From Acidimicrobiaceae bacterium (lineage in GTDB: Bacteria > Actinomycetota > Acidimicrobiia > Acidimicrobiales > MedAcidi-G1), in NCBI GenBank assembly GCA_002717365.1, contig PBDJ01000034.1, positions 33,990 through 97,989 of the forward strand: a DNA stretch of 64,000 nt. Reading direction: 5' to 3'. The notes under the pieces were generated by a model. The model did no database searches, had not been told where the DNA came from, and saw only the letters and a program-made list of their open reading frames with translations. Of this stretch, positions 49,233 to 58,885 are shown one piece after another; positions within the stretch are counted from its first letter, which is position 1; the number at the start of each line of letters is the position of its first letter. The position numbers and the translations under genes are program-made.

Positions 49233-49940
49233 GTGAGCCGGGTCGAGCCACCTCCCGACCCGAGGCCAGACCTCGGGGGCGTCTCTCCCTCCGTCCAACG
49301 CTCCCTAGTGCTTCCTCGACCCCGCTGGCGCGGCGTGATGCACCGGTTCGCCATTCCGGCCACTGTGATGGCCGGCGGTTGGCTGGTCTTGACGGCCCCG
49401 GCGGGTCTCGACCGGGTAGGGGCCGCGATTTTCGTGGCGGGCGCCCTCCTCATGTTCGTGGCCAGCAGCCTGGCTCACCTGCGGCGCTGGCCAATCCCGG
49501 TCTGGGAGGCGCTCTTCCGCTTCGACCACGCGGCCATCTTCGTGCTCATCGCGGCCAGCGCCACCCCAATCGGGGTGAGCGTCTTGGAAGGCCGGTCAGC
49601 CACCCTGCTCCTATGGGCGGTGTGGATCGGGGCGGCCATCGGGGTGGGCCTACGCCTGTTGCCCTTCCACCCTCCGAAGGGACTGATGAACTCCCTGTTC
49701 CTGGCCCTGGGCTGGGTACCGATCGTGGTTGCGCCGGACCTATTCCGCGGCCTGGAACCGCTGGCCATCCTGCTGTTGGTAGTGGAGGGGCTTTTATACA
49801 GCGGCGGTGCCCTGATGCTCGGCGCCCGGTGGCCTGACCCGTACCCGGAGGTATTCGGCTACCACGAGGTCTGGCACACACTGGTCATCACGGCGGTGGC
49901 CGCCCACTTCGGGGTGGTGGCCCTCGTGGTCACCGCCTGA
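49233..49940 (+). CDS. hemolysin III / PAQR family membrane protein
   Basis: Seven hydrophobic segments, DHAAIF and a C-terminal HEVWHTLV motif. Confidence 0.8.
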   Translation: MSRVEPPPDPRPDLGGVSPSVQRSLVLPRPRWRGVMHRFAIPATVMAGGWLVLTAPAGLDRVGAAIFVAGALLMFVASSLAHLRRWPIPVWEALFRFDHAAIFVLIAASATPIGVSVLEGRSATLLLWAVWIGAAIGVGLRLLPFHPPKGLMNSLFLALGWVPIVVAPDLFRGLEPLAILLLVVEGLLYSGGALMLGARWPDPYPEVFGYHEVWHTLVITAVAAHFGVVALVVTA

Positions 49941-49977
49941 CCGGACCCCTGGGGTTCCCGGCGGTACGGTCATCGCC

Positions 49978-50391
49978 GTGATCGTCGGCAACCCGGCAAA
50001 CCGGCTCGGGTGGTGGCGGACATCGGCTTGCGCCCTGCTTCTGGTTGTCGGGGTGGGTCCGGCATGCGGGTCGGAGCCGGTCACCGATCCGGTTCGCGCC
50101 ACGACGTGTGCCGAACTGGTGGACGCCGGTCGGGCCACTGCAGAGGAGGTCCTGGACCGGCTGGCCGACCGGACCCTGGTCGACCTGGAGGTCGAACACC
50201 CCGGCCGACCGTTCGCCGACCTGGACCCCGTGCTGCGCCGTGACGTCTTCGCCGCCCGGGCCGCCGACCTGGGCTGTGGGGAGACCGAGTTGGCCGATCT
50301 GGCCTGCACCGCTTTCCAGGGGCTGTCCCACCAAGCCCACGGCGACCTAGCTCGGGCCTACCTGACTCCCTATTTCACCGCCTGCGACTGA
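49978..50391 (+). CDS. hypothetical protein, possible lipoprotein
   Basis: N-terminal hydrophobic stretch ALLLVVGVGPACG with a lipobox-like Cys. No domain recognised. Confidence 0.45.
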   Translation: MIVGNPANRLGWWRTSACALLLVVGVGPACGSEPVTDPVRATTCAELVDAGRATAEEVLDRLADRTLVDLEVEHPGRPFADLDPVLRRDVFAARAADLGCGETELADLACTAFQGLSHQAHGDLARAYLTPYFTACD

Positions 50392-50559
50392 ACCCGTCGG
50401 GAAACTACCTCCTAGCCCCGTCAGGTATTCCAGGTGGTTATCACCCCGTGACCGGGGCTCAGGCGGGCCCCAACGGGCACACTGCCTAATCCGGTCGCCG
50501 ATCGGCCGCGACGGTGGCAGGCTTCTAGGGACCTCCCGAGTTCCTCGACTGGAGTCCCA

Positions 50560-51759
50560 ATGTCCACTGAACGCCTATCCCGACGCATCAGCGCCATTGC
50601 CGAGTCGGCCACCATGGCCGTCGACGCCAAAGCCAAGGCCCTAAAGGCGGCCGGTGAGCCGGTCATCGGCTTCGGCGCTGGCGAACCGGACTTCGCCACC
50701 CCAGCCCACATCGTGGAGGCTGCGGTCACCGCCTGCCTGGAGCCAGCCAACCACAAGTACACGCCAGCCGGCGGCCTGCCCGACCTCCGCGAAGCTCTGG
50801 TCGATAAGACGGAACGCGACTCGGGCTGGCGGCCTGAAGCGGCCCAGGTGTTGGTCACCAACGGAGGCAAGCACGCCGTCTACAACACGTGTGCCACCCT
50901 GCTGAACCCCGGCGACGAGGTACTGCTGCCTGCCCCGTACTGGACCACCTACCCGGAGTCCATTGCCCTGGCCGGGGGCGCGGCGGTGCCCCTGCCCACC
51001 GATACCGCATCCGGCTTCCGGGTCACCGTCGACCAACTAGAAGCAGCCCTTACCCCGGCCACCAAAGCTCTGATGTTCGTCTCGCCATCCAACCCGACCG
51101 GTGCCGTATACCCGGCCGACGAGATGGAGGCCATCGGCCGGTGGGCTGTGGAGCACGACATCTGGGTTATCGCCGACGAGATCTACGAGCACCTGATCTA
51201 CGACGATCACGTCCACCACTCGATGCGGGCCCTCGTCCCGGAGCTGGCCGACCACTTCGTGGCCGTCAACGGTGTGGCCAAGACATACGCCATGACCGGT
51301 TGGAGGGTCGGGTGGATGATCGGGCCGACCGACCTCATCCGGGCGGCCAGCAACCTGCAGTCCCACGGCACGAGCAACGTGGCCAACGTGTCCCAGCTGG
51401 CCGCCCTGGCCGCCGTTACCGGAGACCTGACCGCCGTCGAGGAGATGCGAGCCTCGTTTGACCGCCGCCGCCGCCGGATGGTCGACCTGCTGCAGGCCAT
51501 CGACGGTGTGGACCTGCTCACCCCGCAGGGTGCCTTCTACGCCTTCCCCGACCTGACGGCCTTCCTGGGGCGAGAGATCGGTGGCCGAGTGGCCACTACC
51601 ACCTCGGAGCTGGCAACCATCATCCTGGAGGAGGCCAAGGTAGCCATTGTGCCTGGTGAAGCATTTGGCGCCCCCGGCTACGCCCGGCTGTCGTTCGCCC
51701 TAGGTGACGACGATCTCGGCGAGGGCCTCACCCGCATGGGTGACCTTCTCACCTCCTGA
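50560..51759 (+). CDS. aspC: class I pyridoxal-phosphate aminotransferase (aspartate aminotransferase-like)
   Basis: GEPDF, NPTGAVY and [16 protein letters not shown] (the PLP Lys is the K in [10 protein letters not shown]). Confidence 0.9.
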   Translation: MSTERLSRRISAIAESATMAVDAKAKALKAAGEPVIGFGAGEPDFATPAHIVEAAVTACLEPANHKYTPAGGLPDLREALVDKTERDSGWRPEAAQVLVTNGGKHAVYNTCATLLNPGDEVLLPAPYWTTYPESIALAGGAAVPLPTDTASGFRVTVDQLEAALTPATKALMFVSPSNPTGAVYPADEMEAIGRWAVEHDIWVIADEIYEHLIYDDHVHHSMRALVPELADHFVAVNGVAKTYAMTGWRVGWMIGPTDLIRAASNLQSHGTSNVANVSQLAALAAVTGDLTAVEEMRASFDRRRRRMVDLLQAIDGVDLLTPQGAFYAFPDLTAFLGREIGGRVATTTSELATIILEEAKVAIVPGEAFGAPGYARLSFALGDDDLGEGLTRMGDLLTS

Positions 51760-51767
51760 CCGGGACC

Positions 51768-53732
51768 ATGGTCCGAGTCCTGCCTTACGGGAGCTGGCCA
51801 TCGCCCATCACCGCCGGGTCCTTGGTGGCCGGCGCGGTCGGCCTAGCCGAGGTGGTGGTCGACGGCCGGGATGTCTGGTGGGCCGAAGGCCGACCCGAGG
51901 AGGGTGGGCGGACCGTGGTGGTCCGACGCTCGCCCGACGGCACAGTGGCCGACATGGTCCCTTCGGGCGTCGACGTGCGGACCGGCGTACACGAATACGG
52001 CGGGGGAGCCTGGTGGGTGGCCAACGGCGTCCTCATCCACTCCGACCGGTCCCACGAGCGACTGGTACGCCGAACGCCGGACGGCGATTCCGTCCTACTG
52101 ACTCCAAAGCCCGCCGCCCCGAGAACCCTGCGCTACGCCGACGGCCGGACCACGCCAGACGGTCGTTGGTACGTGTGCGTTCGCGAAACCCACCCGACCG
52201 ATCTGGCAGCTGGTGAGCCGACCAACGAGTTGGTAGCCGTAGCCACCGACGGGTCGATGCGAACCGACGTGGTCGCCACCGGCGCTGACTTCGTGGCCTG
52301 GCCCCGAGTCTCCCCGGACGGAACCCGCCTGGCCTGGGTTCAGTGGAACCATCCCGACCTGCCGTGGGACAACACCGAGCTATGGGTGGCCGACCTGGCT
52401 GCTGACGACGAGGGGTGCACCCTGTCCAGTGCCCGATGCGTGGCCGCCGGGGGCGAGTCGTTCTTCCAGCCCGAGTGGCGGTCTGACGGGGAGTTGCACG
52501 TGGTTACCGACCGAGGAGGCTGGTGGCACGTACACCGGGTGGACCCCCATACCGGTTCTCTGGAGGCTCTGACCGGCGGCGAGGCCGAGATAGCCACCCC
52601 CCAGTGGGTGTTCGGCCTGTCCCGGTACGCCTTCGTCGGCGAAGACCTGTGGTTCGCCCGGCGGGAGGGCGGCGTCGACCGCCTGGCCGTGCAACGACCC
52701 GACGGCACCGTCGACGATGTGGCGGTCCCGTCGGGAGACGGGCCAGCCACCTCACTAGGGTCACTGGCCGCCCACGGGGACGGGATCATCGCCGTGGCCG
52801 CCGGGTGGACCACCGAGCCGGCCGTGGTGGCCATCGACCCATCCGGGGTCCGCACCCTACGGGCTCCCCGTGACCTAGGCCTGGACCCCGCCTGGTTCCC
52901 CCGCCCCGAACCGGTGGTCTTCCCGACCACGGGGGGCGAAGTAGCCCATGCCGTCATCCACCCGCCCACCAACCCCAACCACGAGGGCCCGGCCGGCGAA
53001 CGCCCCCCGCTGCTGGTACTCGTCCACGGCGGTCCCACCAGCTCGGTGCGTACCCAGATGCAACTGGCCATCGCCTACTGGACCAGCCGGGGATTCGCGG
53101 TGGCCGACGTGGACTACCGGGGTTCTACCGGCTACGGGAGGGAGTACCGACACCGTCTGCACGGCGGATGGGGGATCCTGGACGTCGAGGACTGTGTGGC
53201 CGTGGCCCGCCACCTAACAGACACCGACCGGGTCGACCCAGACCGCCTGGCCATCCGGGGCGGTAGCGCCGGCGGCTTCACCGTGCTGGCCGCCCTGACC
53301 TTCCACGACGTGTTCACCGCCGGGGCCAGCCGGTACGGGATTGGCGACCTGGCCGCCCTAGCTGCTGACACGCACAAGTTCGAGGCCCGCTACCTGGACC
53401 GCCTGGTCGGCCGGTGGCCTGAGGACGAGGCCATCTACCGGGAGCGGTCGCCCATTCACCACGTGGACCAGCTCTCCACGCCCCTCCTCCTTCTCCAGGG
53501 TTCGGAGGACGCCGTGGTGCCACCCGCCCAGGCTCACGCCATGGCCGGCGCTCTGCGCGACCGAGGCGTACCGTTCGCCCTCATCGAGTTCCCGGACGAA
53601 GGCCACGGGTTCCGGAAGGCAGCCAACGTGGTTCAGGCCTTGGAGGCCGAACTGGCCTTCTTCGCCGACCGCTTCGGGTTCGAACCCGCCGACGACCTAC
53701 CGGCCCTGGCCGTGGAGGGCGGTTCCCCCTGA
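51768..53732 (+). CDS. S9 family serine peptidase (prolyl oligopeptidase / acylaminoacyl-peptidase type)
   Basis: N-terminal beta-propeller region and a C-terminal alpha/beta hydrolase with nucleophile elbow GGSAGGF, an Asp (GSEDAVV) and a His (EGHGF). Confidence 0.85.
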   Translation: MVRVLPYGSWPSPITAGSLVAGAVGLAEVVVDGRDVWWAEGRPEEGGRTVVVRRSPDGTVADMVPSGVDVRTGVHEYGGGAWWVANGVLIHSDRSHERLVRRTPDGDSVLLTPKPAAPRTLRYADGRTTPDGRWYVCVRETHPTDLAAGEPTNELVAVATDGSMRTDVVATGADFVAWPRVSPDGTRLAWVQWNHPDLPWDNTELWVADLAADDEGCTLSSARCVAAGGESFFQPEWRSDGELHVVTDRGGWWHVHRVDPHTGSLEALTGGEAEIATPQWVFGLSRYAFVGEDLWFARREGGVDRLAVQRPDGTVDDVAVPSGDGPATSLGSLAAHGDGIIAVAAGWTTEPAVVAIDPSGVRTLRAPRDLGLDPAWFPRPEPVVFPTTGGEVAHAVIHPPTNPNHEGPAGERPPLLVLVHGGPTSSVRTQMQLAIAYWTSRGFAVADVDYRGSTGYGREYRHRLHGGWGILDVEDCVAVARHLTDTDRVDPDRLAIRGGSAGGFTVLAALTFHDVFTAGASRYGIGDLAALAADTHKFEARYLDRLVGRWPEDEAIYRERSPIHHVDQLSTPLLLLQGSEDAVVPPAQAHAMAGALRDRGVPFALIEFPDEGHGFRKAANVVQALEAELAFFADRFGFEPADDLPALAVEGGSP

Positions 53733-53802
53733 GCAGCCCAGCAGGCCAGCCAGAATCGACGGGTTGTCGCCGAGCCGACAGGGTCGTCTACACTGACCCC
53801 CC

Positions 53803-53838
53803 ATGCAACCCGTCCTCGACCTCCTGCTCCTGACCTAG
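53803..53838 (+). CDS. leuA leader peptide MQPVLDLLLLT
   Basis: 11-codon ORF with 5 Leu codons (4 consecutive). Its stop overlaps the first stem of a two-hairpin attenuator. Possible leaderless start downstream of TTGTCG-19 nt-TACACT. Confidence 0.65.
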   Translation: MQPVLDLLLLT

Positions 53839-53866
53839 GGCGAACGCCCCACATACGCGTTCGCCC

Positions 53867-53911
53867 GAACCTCCTGCGCCCACCGGGCCAGGAGGTTCTT
53901 CGGTTTTCGGG
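53867..53911 (+). terminator. attenuator terminator upstream of leuA
   Basis: GAACCTCCTG (53867-53876) pairs perfectly with CAGGAGGTTC (53889-53898), followed by TTCGGTTTTCGGG. It is preceded by a 10-bp hairpin GGGCGAACGC/GCGTTCGCCC (53838-53866). Confidence 0.65.
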
Positions 53912-53987
53912 AACCGCCCGCATAGGGGGCCCGCAGCCGGAACGAGACCGTTGTACCCACCAGACCAGACCAGAAACGGAACCAGCC

Positions 53988-55562
53988 ATGAGCGAGCAGA
54001 CGAAGACCGATCGGGTGATCATCTTCGACACCACCCTCCGCGACGGCGAACAGTCGCCGGGCATCTCCCTAGACGTCGGGGAGAAACTGGAGATCGCCGA
54101 TCAGTTGGCCCGTCTAGGCGTCGACTACATCGAGGCCGGGTTTCCCATCGCCAGCCAGGGCGACTTCGAGGCCGTCCACGCCATCGCTTCGTCCATAGAG
54201 GGGCCGACCATCTGCGGGCTTTCCCGAACCGCCCACAAGGACATTGACCGCTGCTGGGAGGCCATCCAGCCGGCGGCCCAGCGACGCATCCACGTCTTCA
54301 TCGCGACCAGCCCCACCCACATGGAACACAAACTCAAGATGAGCCCCGCCCAGGTGCTGACCGAGGCCGCCTCGGCGGTCACCCGGGCTCGGGAGTACAC
54401 CGACGACGTCGAGTTCAGCCCCGAGGACGCCTCGCGTTCCGACTTCGACTTCATGTGCGACGTGCTGCAGGCAGCGGTGGACGCCGGGGCCGGAACGCTG
54501 AACATCCCGGACACCGTGGGCTTCGCCACCCCAGTGGAGTGGGCGGCACGCATCCGGGCCATCCGGGAGCGGGTGTCGGGCGACTACGTGCTCTCCACGC
54601 ACTGCCACAACGACCTCGGCCTCGCCGTGGCCAACTCGCTGGCCGCCGTCGAGGCCGGGGCCCGCCAAGTGGAGTGCACCATCAACGGCATCGGCGAACG
54701 GGCTGGCAACGCGGCCATGGAGGAGATCGTCATGGCCATCCGAACCCGGCCTGACACCTACACCGACATTGAAGTGGACATCCGGACCGAAGAGCTAGCG
54801 AAATCCAGCCGGATTGTCAGCCGCCTTACCGGCTACCCGGTGCAGTACAACAAGGCCGTGGTAGGGCGCAACGCCTTCGCCCACGAGGCGGGCATCCACC
54901 AGCACGGCGTGCTGAACGAGCGCACCACCTACGAGATCATGGATCCGGCGGCCGTGGGCCAAGGCGAGAGCCAACTGGTACTGGGCAAGCACTCTGGCCG
55001 GGCCGCCTTCCGTGACGCTCTCCAGAAGCTCGGCCATGACATCCAGGGCGATGCCCTCAACGCGGCCTTCACCCGGTTCAAGGAACTAGCTGACCGCAAG
55101 GTGCAGCTCAGCGACGCCGACCTAGAGGCCCTGGCCATCGAGGAAGTGGGCGGCAGCGCCGACCACGCCTACGAGTTCGTGAGCCTGGACGTGCGGGGCG
55201 GCAGTGTCAGCATGCCGTCGGCCGACCTGGTGATGCGGGTGGACGGAGAGGAGGTCTCGGTGTCCTGCGAAGGCGACGGAATGGTGGATGCCTCTTGCAC
55301 GGCCATCAAGCAGGCCACCGGGGTTGAGGGTCGGATGACCGACTACAACGTCACCTCGGTAACCGGTGGGGTGGACGCCCTGGCTGACGTGGCGCTCACC
55401 TTCGAGAGTAACGACGGCGTCAAGGTTTCCGGTCGGGGCCTGTCCACCGACGTGGTGGAGGCGTCGGCACGGGCTTTCATCGGGGCCCTCAACAAGATCG
55501 CCCGGATCCGGGAGTCCGGCGAGGACCCCAACGCCGTGGACCGGCCCGGCCACATCGGCTGA
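53988..55562 (+). CDS. leuA: 2-isopropylmalate synthase
   Basis: [15 protein letters not shown] and [38 protein letters not shown], plus a C-terminal LeuA dimerisation/regulatory domain. Confidence 0.95.
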   Translation: MSEQTKTDRVIIFDTTLRDGEQSPGISLDVGEKLEIADQLARLGVDYIEAGFPIASQGDFEAVHAIASSIEGPTICGLSRTAHKDIDRCWEAIQPAAQRRIHVFIATSPTHMEHKLKMSPAQVLTEAASAVTRAREYTDDVEFSPEDASRSDFDFMCDVLQAAVDAGAGTLNIPDTVGFATPVEWAARIRAIRERVSGDYVLSTHCHNDLGLAVANSLAAVEAGARQVECTINGIGERAGNAAMEEIVMAIRTRPDTYTDIEVDIRTEELAKSSRIVSRLTGYPVQYNKAVVGRNAFAHEAGIHQHGVLNERTTYEIMDPAAVGQGESQLVLGKHSGRAAFRDALQKLGHDIQGDALNAAFTRFKELADRKVQLSDADLEALAIEEVGGSADHAYEFVSLDVRGGSVSMPSADLVMRVDGEEVSVSCEGDGMVDASCTAIKQATGVEGRMTDYNVTSVTGGVDALADVALTFESNDGVKVSGRGLSTDVVEASARAFIGALNKIARIRESGEDPNAVDRPGHIG

Positions 55563-55573
55563 GGCGCCACCCG

Positions 55574-55969
55574 GTGATCGACGACCCCGAGTACAGCGAG
55601 TTCCCGCTTCGGACGTTTCTGGACTTCACCATCGACGACGGGATCGGCGGCGAGGCCGTGGCCGCGCTGGACGTTAGTGACCGCCACCTCAACCCGAACG
55701 GGGTGGTCCACGGCGGCGTGGTGTTCACCTTGGTCGACACGGCCATGGGGCGGGCCACCATGTCGGTGCTGGAAGAGGGGCGAATCTGCGCATCGATCGA
55801 GGTTGCGGTGCGCTACCTGCGTCCCATTACCGATGGCCGGCTGGTGGCTACAGCCTCGGTGCTGCGGGCCGGTCGCCGGATCGTGCACCTGGAGGGTCGG
55901 GTCACCGTGGACGGTGACGACCGGCCGGTGGCCGTCGTTCAGGCCTCCTTCGCAGTGCTGGAGGCCTAA
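55574..55969 (+). CDS. PaaI-family hot-dog thioesterase
   Basis: NPNGVVHGGVVFTLVDTAMG is the PaaI/YbgC-type core motif. Confidence 0.75.
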   Translation: MIDDPEYSEFPLRTFLDFTIDDGIGGEAVAALDVSDRHLNPNGVVHGGVVFTLVDTAMGRATMSVLEEGRICASIEVAVRYLRPITDGRLVATASVLRAGRRIVHLEGRVTVDGDDRPVAVVQASFAVLEA

Positions 55970-55975
55970 TCGGGT

Positions 55976-58285
55976 TCAGTTCAGGTCGACGACCTGTCGG
56001 CGGGTCAGGTCCTCCAGGTCGTTTTCCTGGAGGCGCTGGCGGGAGTATGACCACAGGCCGGTGCCGATGACCAGCGTGCGCTGGATGGGCTGTACGTAGT
56101 CGCCGTCCGGCCAGCAGACCACTACGTCGACGTCGGTGGGGATGGTGGATGGGTCGACCCCGAACTCCTCAGCCCACCAGTGGGCGTCGTCGCGGGGCAG
56201 CAGGTCGCACCAGTGGCCCTTCATGGTGGCTTTCGCACCCCGGTCGCAGAACATGACGACAGGGCCGCCCATCACCTTCAGGCGTGTCGCCTCGTCGGCC
56301 AGTTCGGCTGGGTCTACCTCGGGGCACGGCGGAACCGGCTCGGTGCCGGGATCGTCGGCGTGGTCGATACGGCCCACTTTCTCGAGGGAGCCGTCGTCCA
56401 CCCGCAGGACGACCGCTCCGTTCTCCTGGGCTTGCCAGTCGTTGAAGGGGAGTACCGCCAGGTCCTCCCAGGCGAGGAAGGCCCGGTGGTCCCACTCCAC
56501 GCCGCTGTGGCCGCCACCCTGGGCCCAGGTGGCCAAGTCTCGGGGTGCGTCCAGGTCCGACACGTCAAACAGGGTGACCTTGGTGCCGGTGGTCCGGCCC
56601 TCATCGGTGGCCTCCTGGCCGATGCCCAGCACCCGGTCGGGGCCGATGGGGTGCAGGTAGCTGCTGAACCCGGTGATCTTCAATTCGCCCCGCACGGTGG
56701 GTGCCGTGGGGTCCGAGAGGTCCACGGTGTAGAAGGGATCGGTCTGACGGAAGGTAACCACGTAGGCCACGTCGCCCACGTAGCGCACGGCGAAGATTCG
56801 CTCGCCCCGACCCATGTCGCCCACCTGGCCCACTACCTCCAAGGTCGCGTTGTTGCGGGCCAGCACGGTCACCATCGACTCGGCGTCCTCGTCGAACCGC
56901 CACGGGCCGCCGGTGGTGGTGGCCACCCTCAGGTAGCCACCGTGCTCAGACAGCGAAAACTGGTTCAAGAGGTGGCCCGGGACCTCACCGGAGGCCGTGT
57001 AGGTGGCGGCCGTCGGGTCGGTGATGTCGAACTGGTGGATGGCGGTGTCCCAGTTGTCATTCCACCACCGCATCCGAGACTCGTTCTCCATCTCCTCGGG
57101 ATCGACCCAGGCGTTGGTCGTCACATACAGGTTCTCGTGCCCGGCGTAGACGGTGGTTCCCTCGGCTAGCACGGCTGTGGTCGTTGGGGCGGCCAGCGGC
57201 TCATAGAGGGGCACGGTCAAGACCGACAGGGTGGAGAAGCCAGCAAAGTCCACCGGGCGAGACACGTCAGTGCAGGTGTTCAGAGACCCTTCGGCCACCG
57301 TGGCACCGGCGGATTCGAGGATGAAATCGGGCATCCAGTCGGCCAGGACGGTCTCAGCCACCACCTCGCGGTTAAACCGCTCGGCACGTTCCTCTCCGGC
57401 CGGGCTAGCCGGGTAGACGAAAGGAAGCTCGTTCGGCGCGGAGACCACGACGACACGGGCCGCCCCGCCCACCACCCGGCTACTGACGTGCCGGCCTTGC
57501 ACGGTTAGGACGCTGGCGATGCGCAGGTTGGCAGGATCAGAGAGGTCCACCTCAATCACACTGGTCAGCGGTGTCCAGGTACCAGGCGACAAGAGCCGGG
57601 CTAGGGCGGGCAATGGAACGTCAGCCGCCTGTTCGTCCATCTCCACGTCGTACGGTTCCAGGTCGCCGCCGCCCGGTAGGTGGGTGTCAGCGATTAAGAA
57701 TGCCCGGTTCCCGGCCAGCAACAGATCACGGCTCCAGTGGCCTTCCAGACGCAGCGTGCCAGTCGGCACCGCCGTCGGACCGGACACGTCCACGTGGTGG
57801 AGGTAGTCGTCTTCGACGACAACAATCCGCCGGCCATCGGTCTTGAGGATGTCGGGTTCGTCAATCCCGGCTTCCTGAACGTTGGTGCCTGAGTAGTCGA
57901 CGCCTTCCTCCATGGACCGGGCCACACCGACGGCCGGGGTGGTCATGGACCCGTCGGCCATCGCCATGTCCGTCGTCGCCATCTCCAAGGCCACCGGTCG
58001 ACCAAACCACCCGCCGTCTAGGCCGTAAGGCCCGACCCGCGCGGTGGCCTCAGCCCGAAAATGACGTAGCAACTCGTCGCATTCCGTGAATGGGACCAGC
58101 CCGGCGGTCAACTCGGTGCCCGATACGTCAACTACCCCGGTCGTCGACGGGGCCACCGTGGCGGTAGGCGCCGCAGGGGTTCCCGACCGGCCCAGCCCAG
58201 CCGGGTCAGTGCCGCACCCGACGACCATCAGGATCGCCACGGTGATCGCCAGGCCACGGCGCAAAGCCTGCTGCCCAGAGTTCAT
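55976..58285 (-). CDS. secreted beta-propeller domain lipoprotein (Beta_propel family-like)
   Basis: Signal/lipobox ITVAILMVVGCG. The central LNQFSLSEHGGYLRVATTTG and FAVRYVGDVAYVVTFRQTDPFYTVDLSDP segments recall the bacterial/archaeal secreted beta-propeller family. ATG 58285 overlaps the leuD stop (ATGA); ATG 58303 is the alternative start. Confidence 0.7.
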   Translation of the reverse strand: MNSGQQALRRGLAITVAILMVVGCGTDPAGLGRSGTPAAPTATVAPSTTGVVDVSGTELTAGLVPFTECDELLRHFRAEATARVGPYGLDGGWFGRPVALEMATTDMAMADGSMTTPAVGVARSMEEGVDYSGTNVQEAGIDEPDILKTDGRRIVVVEDDYLHHVDVSGPTAVPTGTLRLEGHWSRDLLLAGNRAFLIADTHLPGGGDLEPYDVEMDEQAADVPLPALARLLSPGTWTPLTSVIEVDLSDPANLRIASVLTVQGRHVSSRVVGGAARVVVVSAPNELPFVYPASPAGEERAERFNREVVAETVLADWMPDFILESAGATVAEGSLNTCTDVSRPVDFAGFSTLSVLTVPLYEPLAAPTTTAVLAEGTTVYAGHENLYVTTNAWVDPEEMENESRMRWWNDNWDTAIHQFDITDPTAATYTASGEVPGHLLNQFSLSEHGGYLRVATTTGGPWRFDEDAESMVTVLARNNATLEVVGQVGDMGRGERIFAVRYVGDVAYVVTFRQTDPFYTVDLSDPTAPTVRGELKITGFSSYLHPIGPDRVLGIGQEATDEGRTTGTKVTLFDVSDLDAPRDLATWAQGGGHSGVEWDHRAFLAWEDLAVLPFNDWQAQENGAVVLRVDDGSLEKVGRIDHADDPGTEPVPPCPEVDPAELADEATRLKVMGGPVVMFCDRGAKATMKGHWCDLLPRDDAHWWAEEFGVDPSTIPTDVDVVVCWPDGDYVQPIQRTLVIGTGLWSYSRQRLQENDLEDLTRRQVVDLN

Positions 58286-58875
58286 GCCGTGGTAGGAAGC
58301 CAAGACGGTCGGGTCGACTCGTAGCTAACGATGTCGTCCTCATGGCGCAGCGAGATGCCGATGTCGTCCAAGCCCTCCAGATAGCGCTCACGTGTGGCTT
58401 CATCCATCGGGAACGTGCAGGAGATCCCGGCGTCCGGGGCCTCCAGCGTCAAGTTGGCCAAGTCGATGGTGACCACCAGATCAGGGTCGGCCTCCACGGC
58501 GTCCAGCAGCGCAGCGCCCACCTCGGGTGTGACCTGCACGGGTATCAGGCCGTTCTTGGTGCAGTTATTCCGAAAGATGTCGGCAAACCGGGGCGAGACC
58601 ACGGCCCCGAACCCGTACTGCTGGATGGCCCACACGGCGTGCTCCCGCGACGAGCCGGTGCCGAAGTTGGGCCCGGTCACCAGCACTACGGCCTCGGAGT
58701 AGCGCTCATCGTTCAGCACAAAGTCTCGGTTGTCGCGCCACTCAGAGAACAGGCCCTTCTCGAAACCGGTGCGCTCCACCCGCTTCAACCAGTCACTGGG
58801 GATGATCTGGTCGGTATCTACGTCAGAGCGTCGGAGCGGCAGCGCGGTACCTGAGACGATCTGCACGGCGTCCAT
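58282..58875 (-). CDS. leuD: 3-isopropylmalate dehydratase small subunit
   Basis: DVDTDQIIP and GPNFGTGSSREHAVWA. Confidence 0.95.
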   Translation of the reverse strand: MDAVQIVSGTALPLRRSDVDTDQIIPSDWLKRVERTGFEKGLFSEWRDNRDFVLNDERYSEAVVLVTGPNFGTGSSREHAVWAIQQYGFGAVVSPRFADIFRNNCTKNGLIPVQVTPEVGAALLDAVEADPDLVVTIDLANLTLEAPDAGISCTFPMDEATRERYLEGLDDIGISLRHEDDIVSYESTRPSWLPTTA

Positions 58876-58885
58876 GTCGCCCTCC

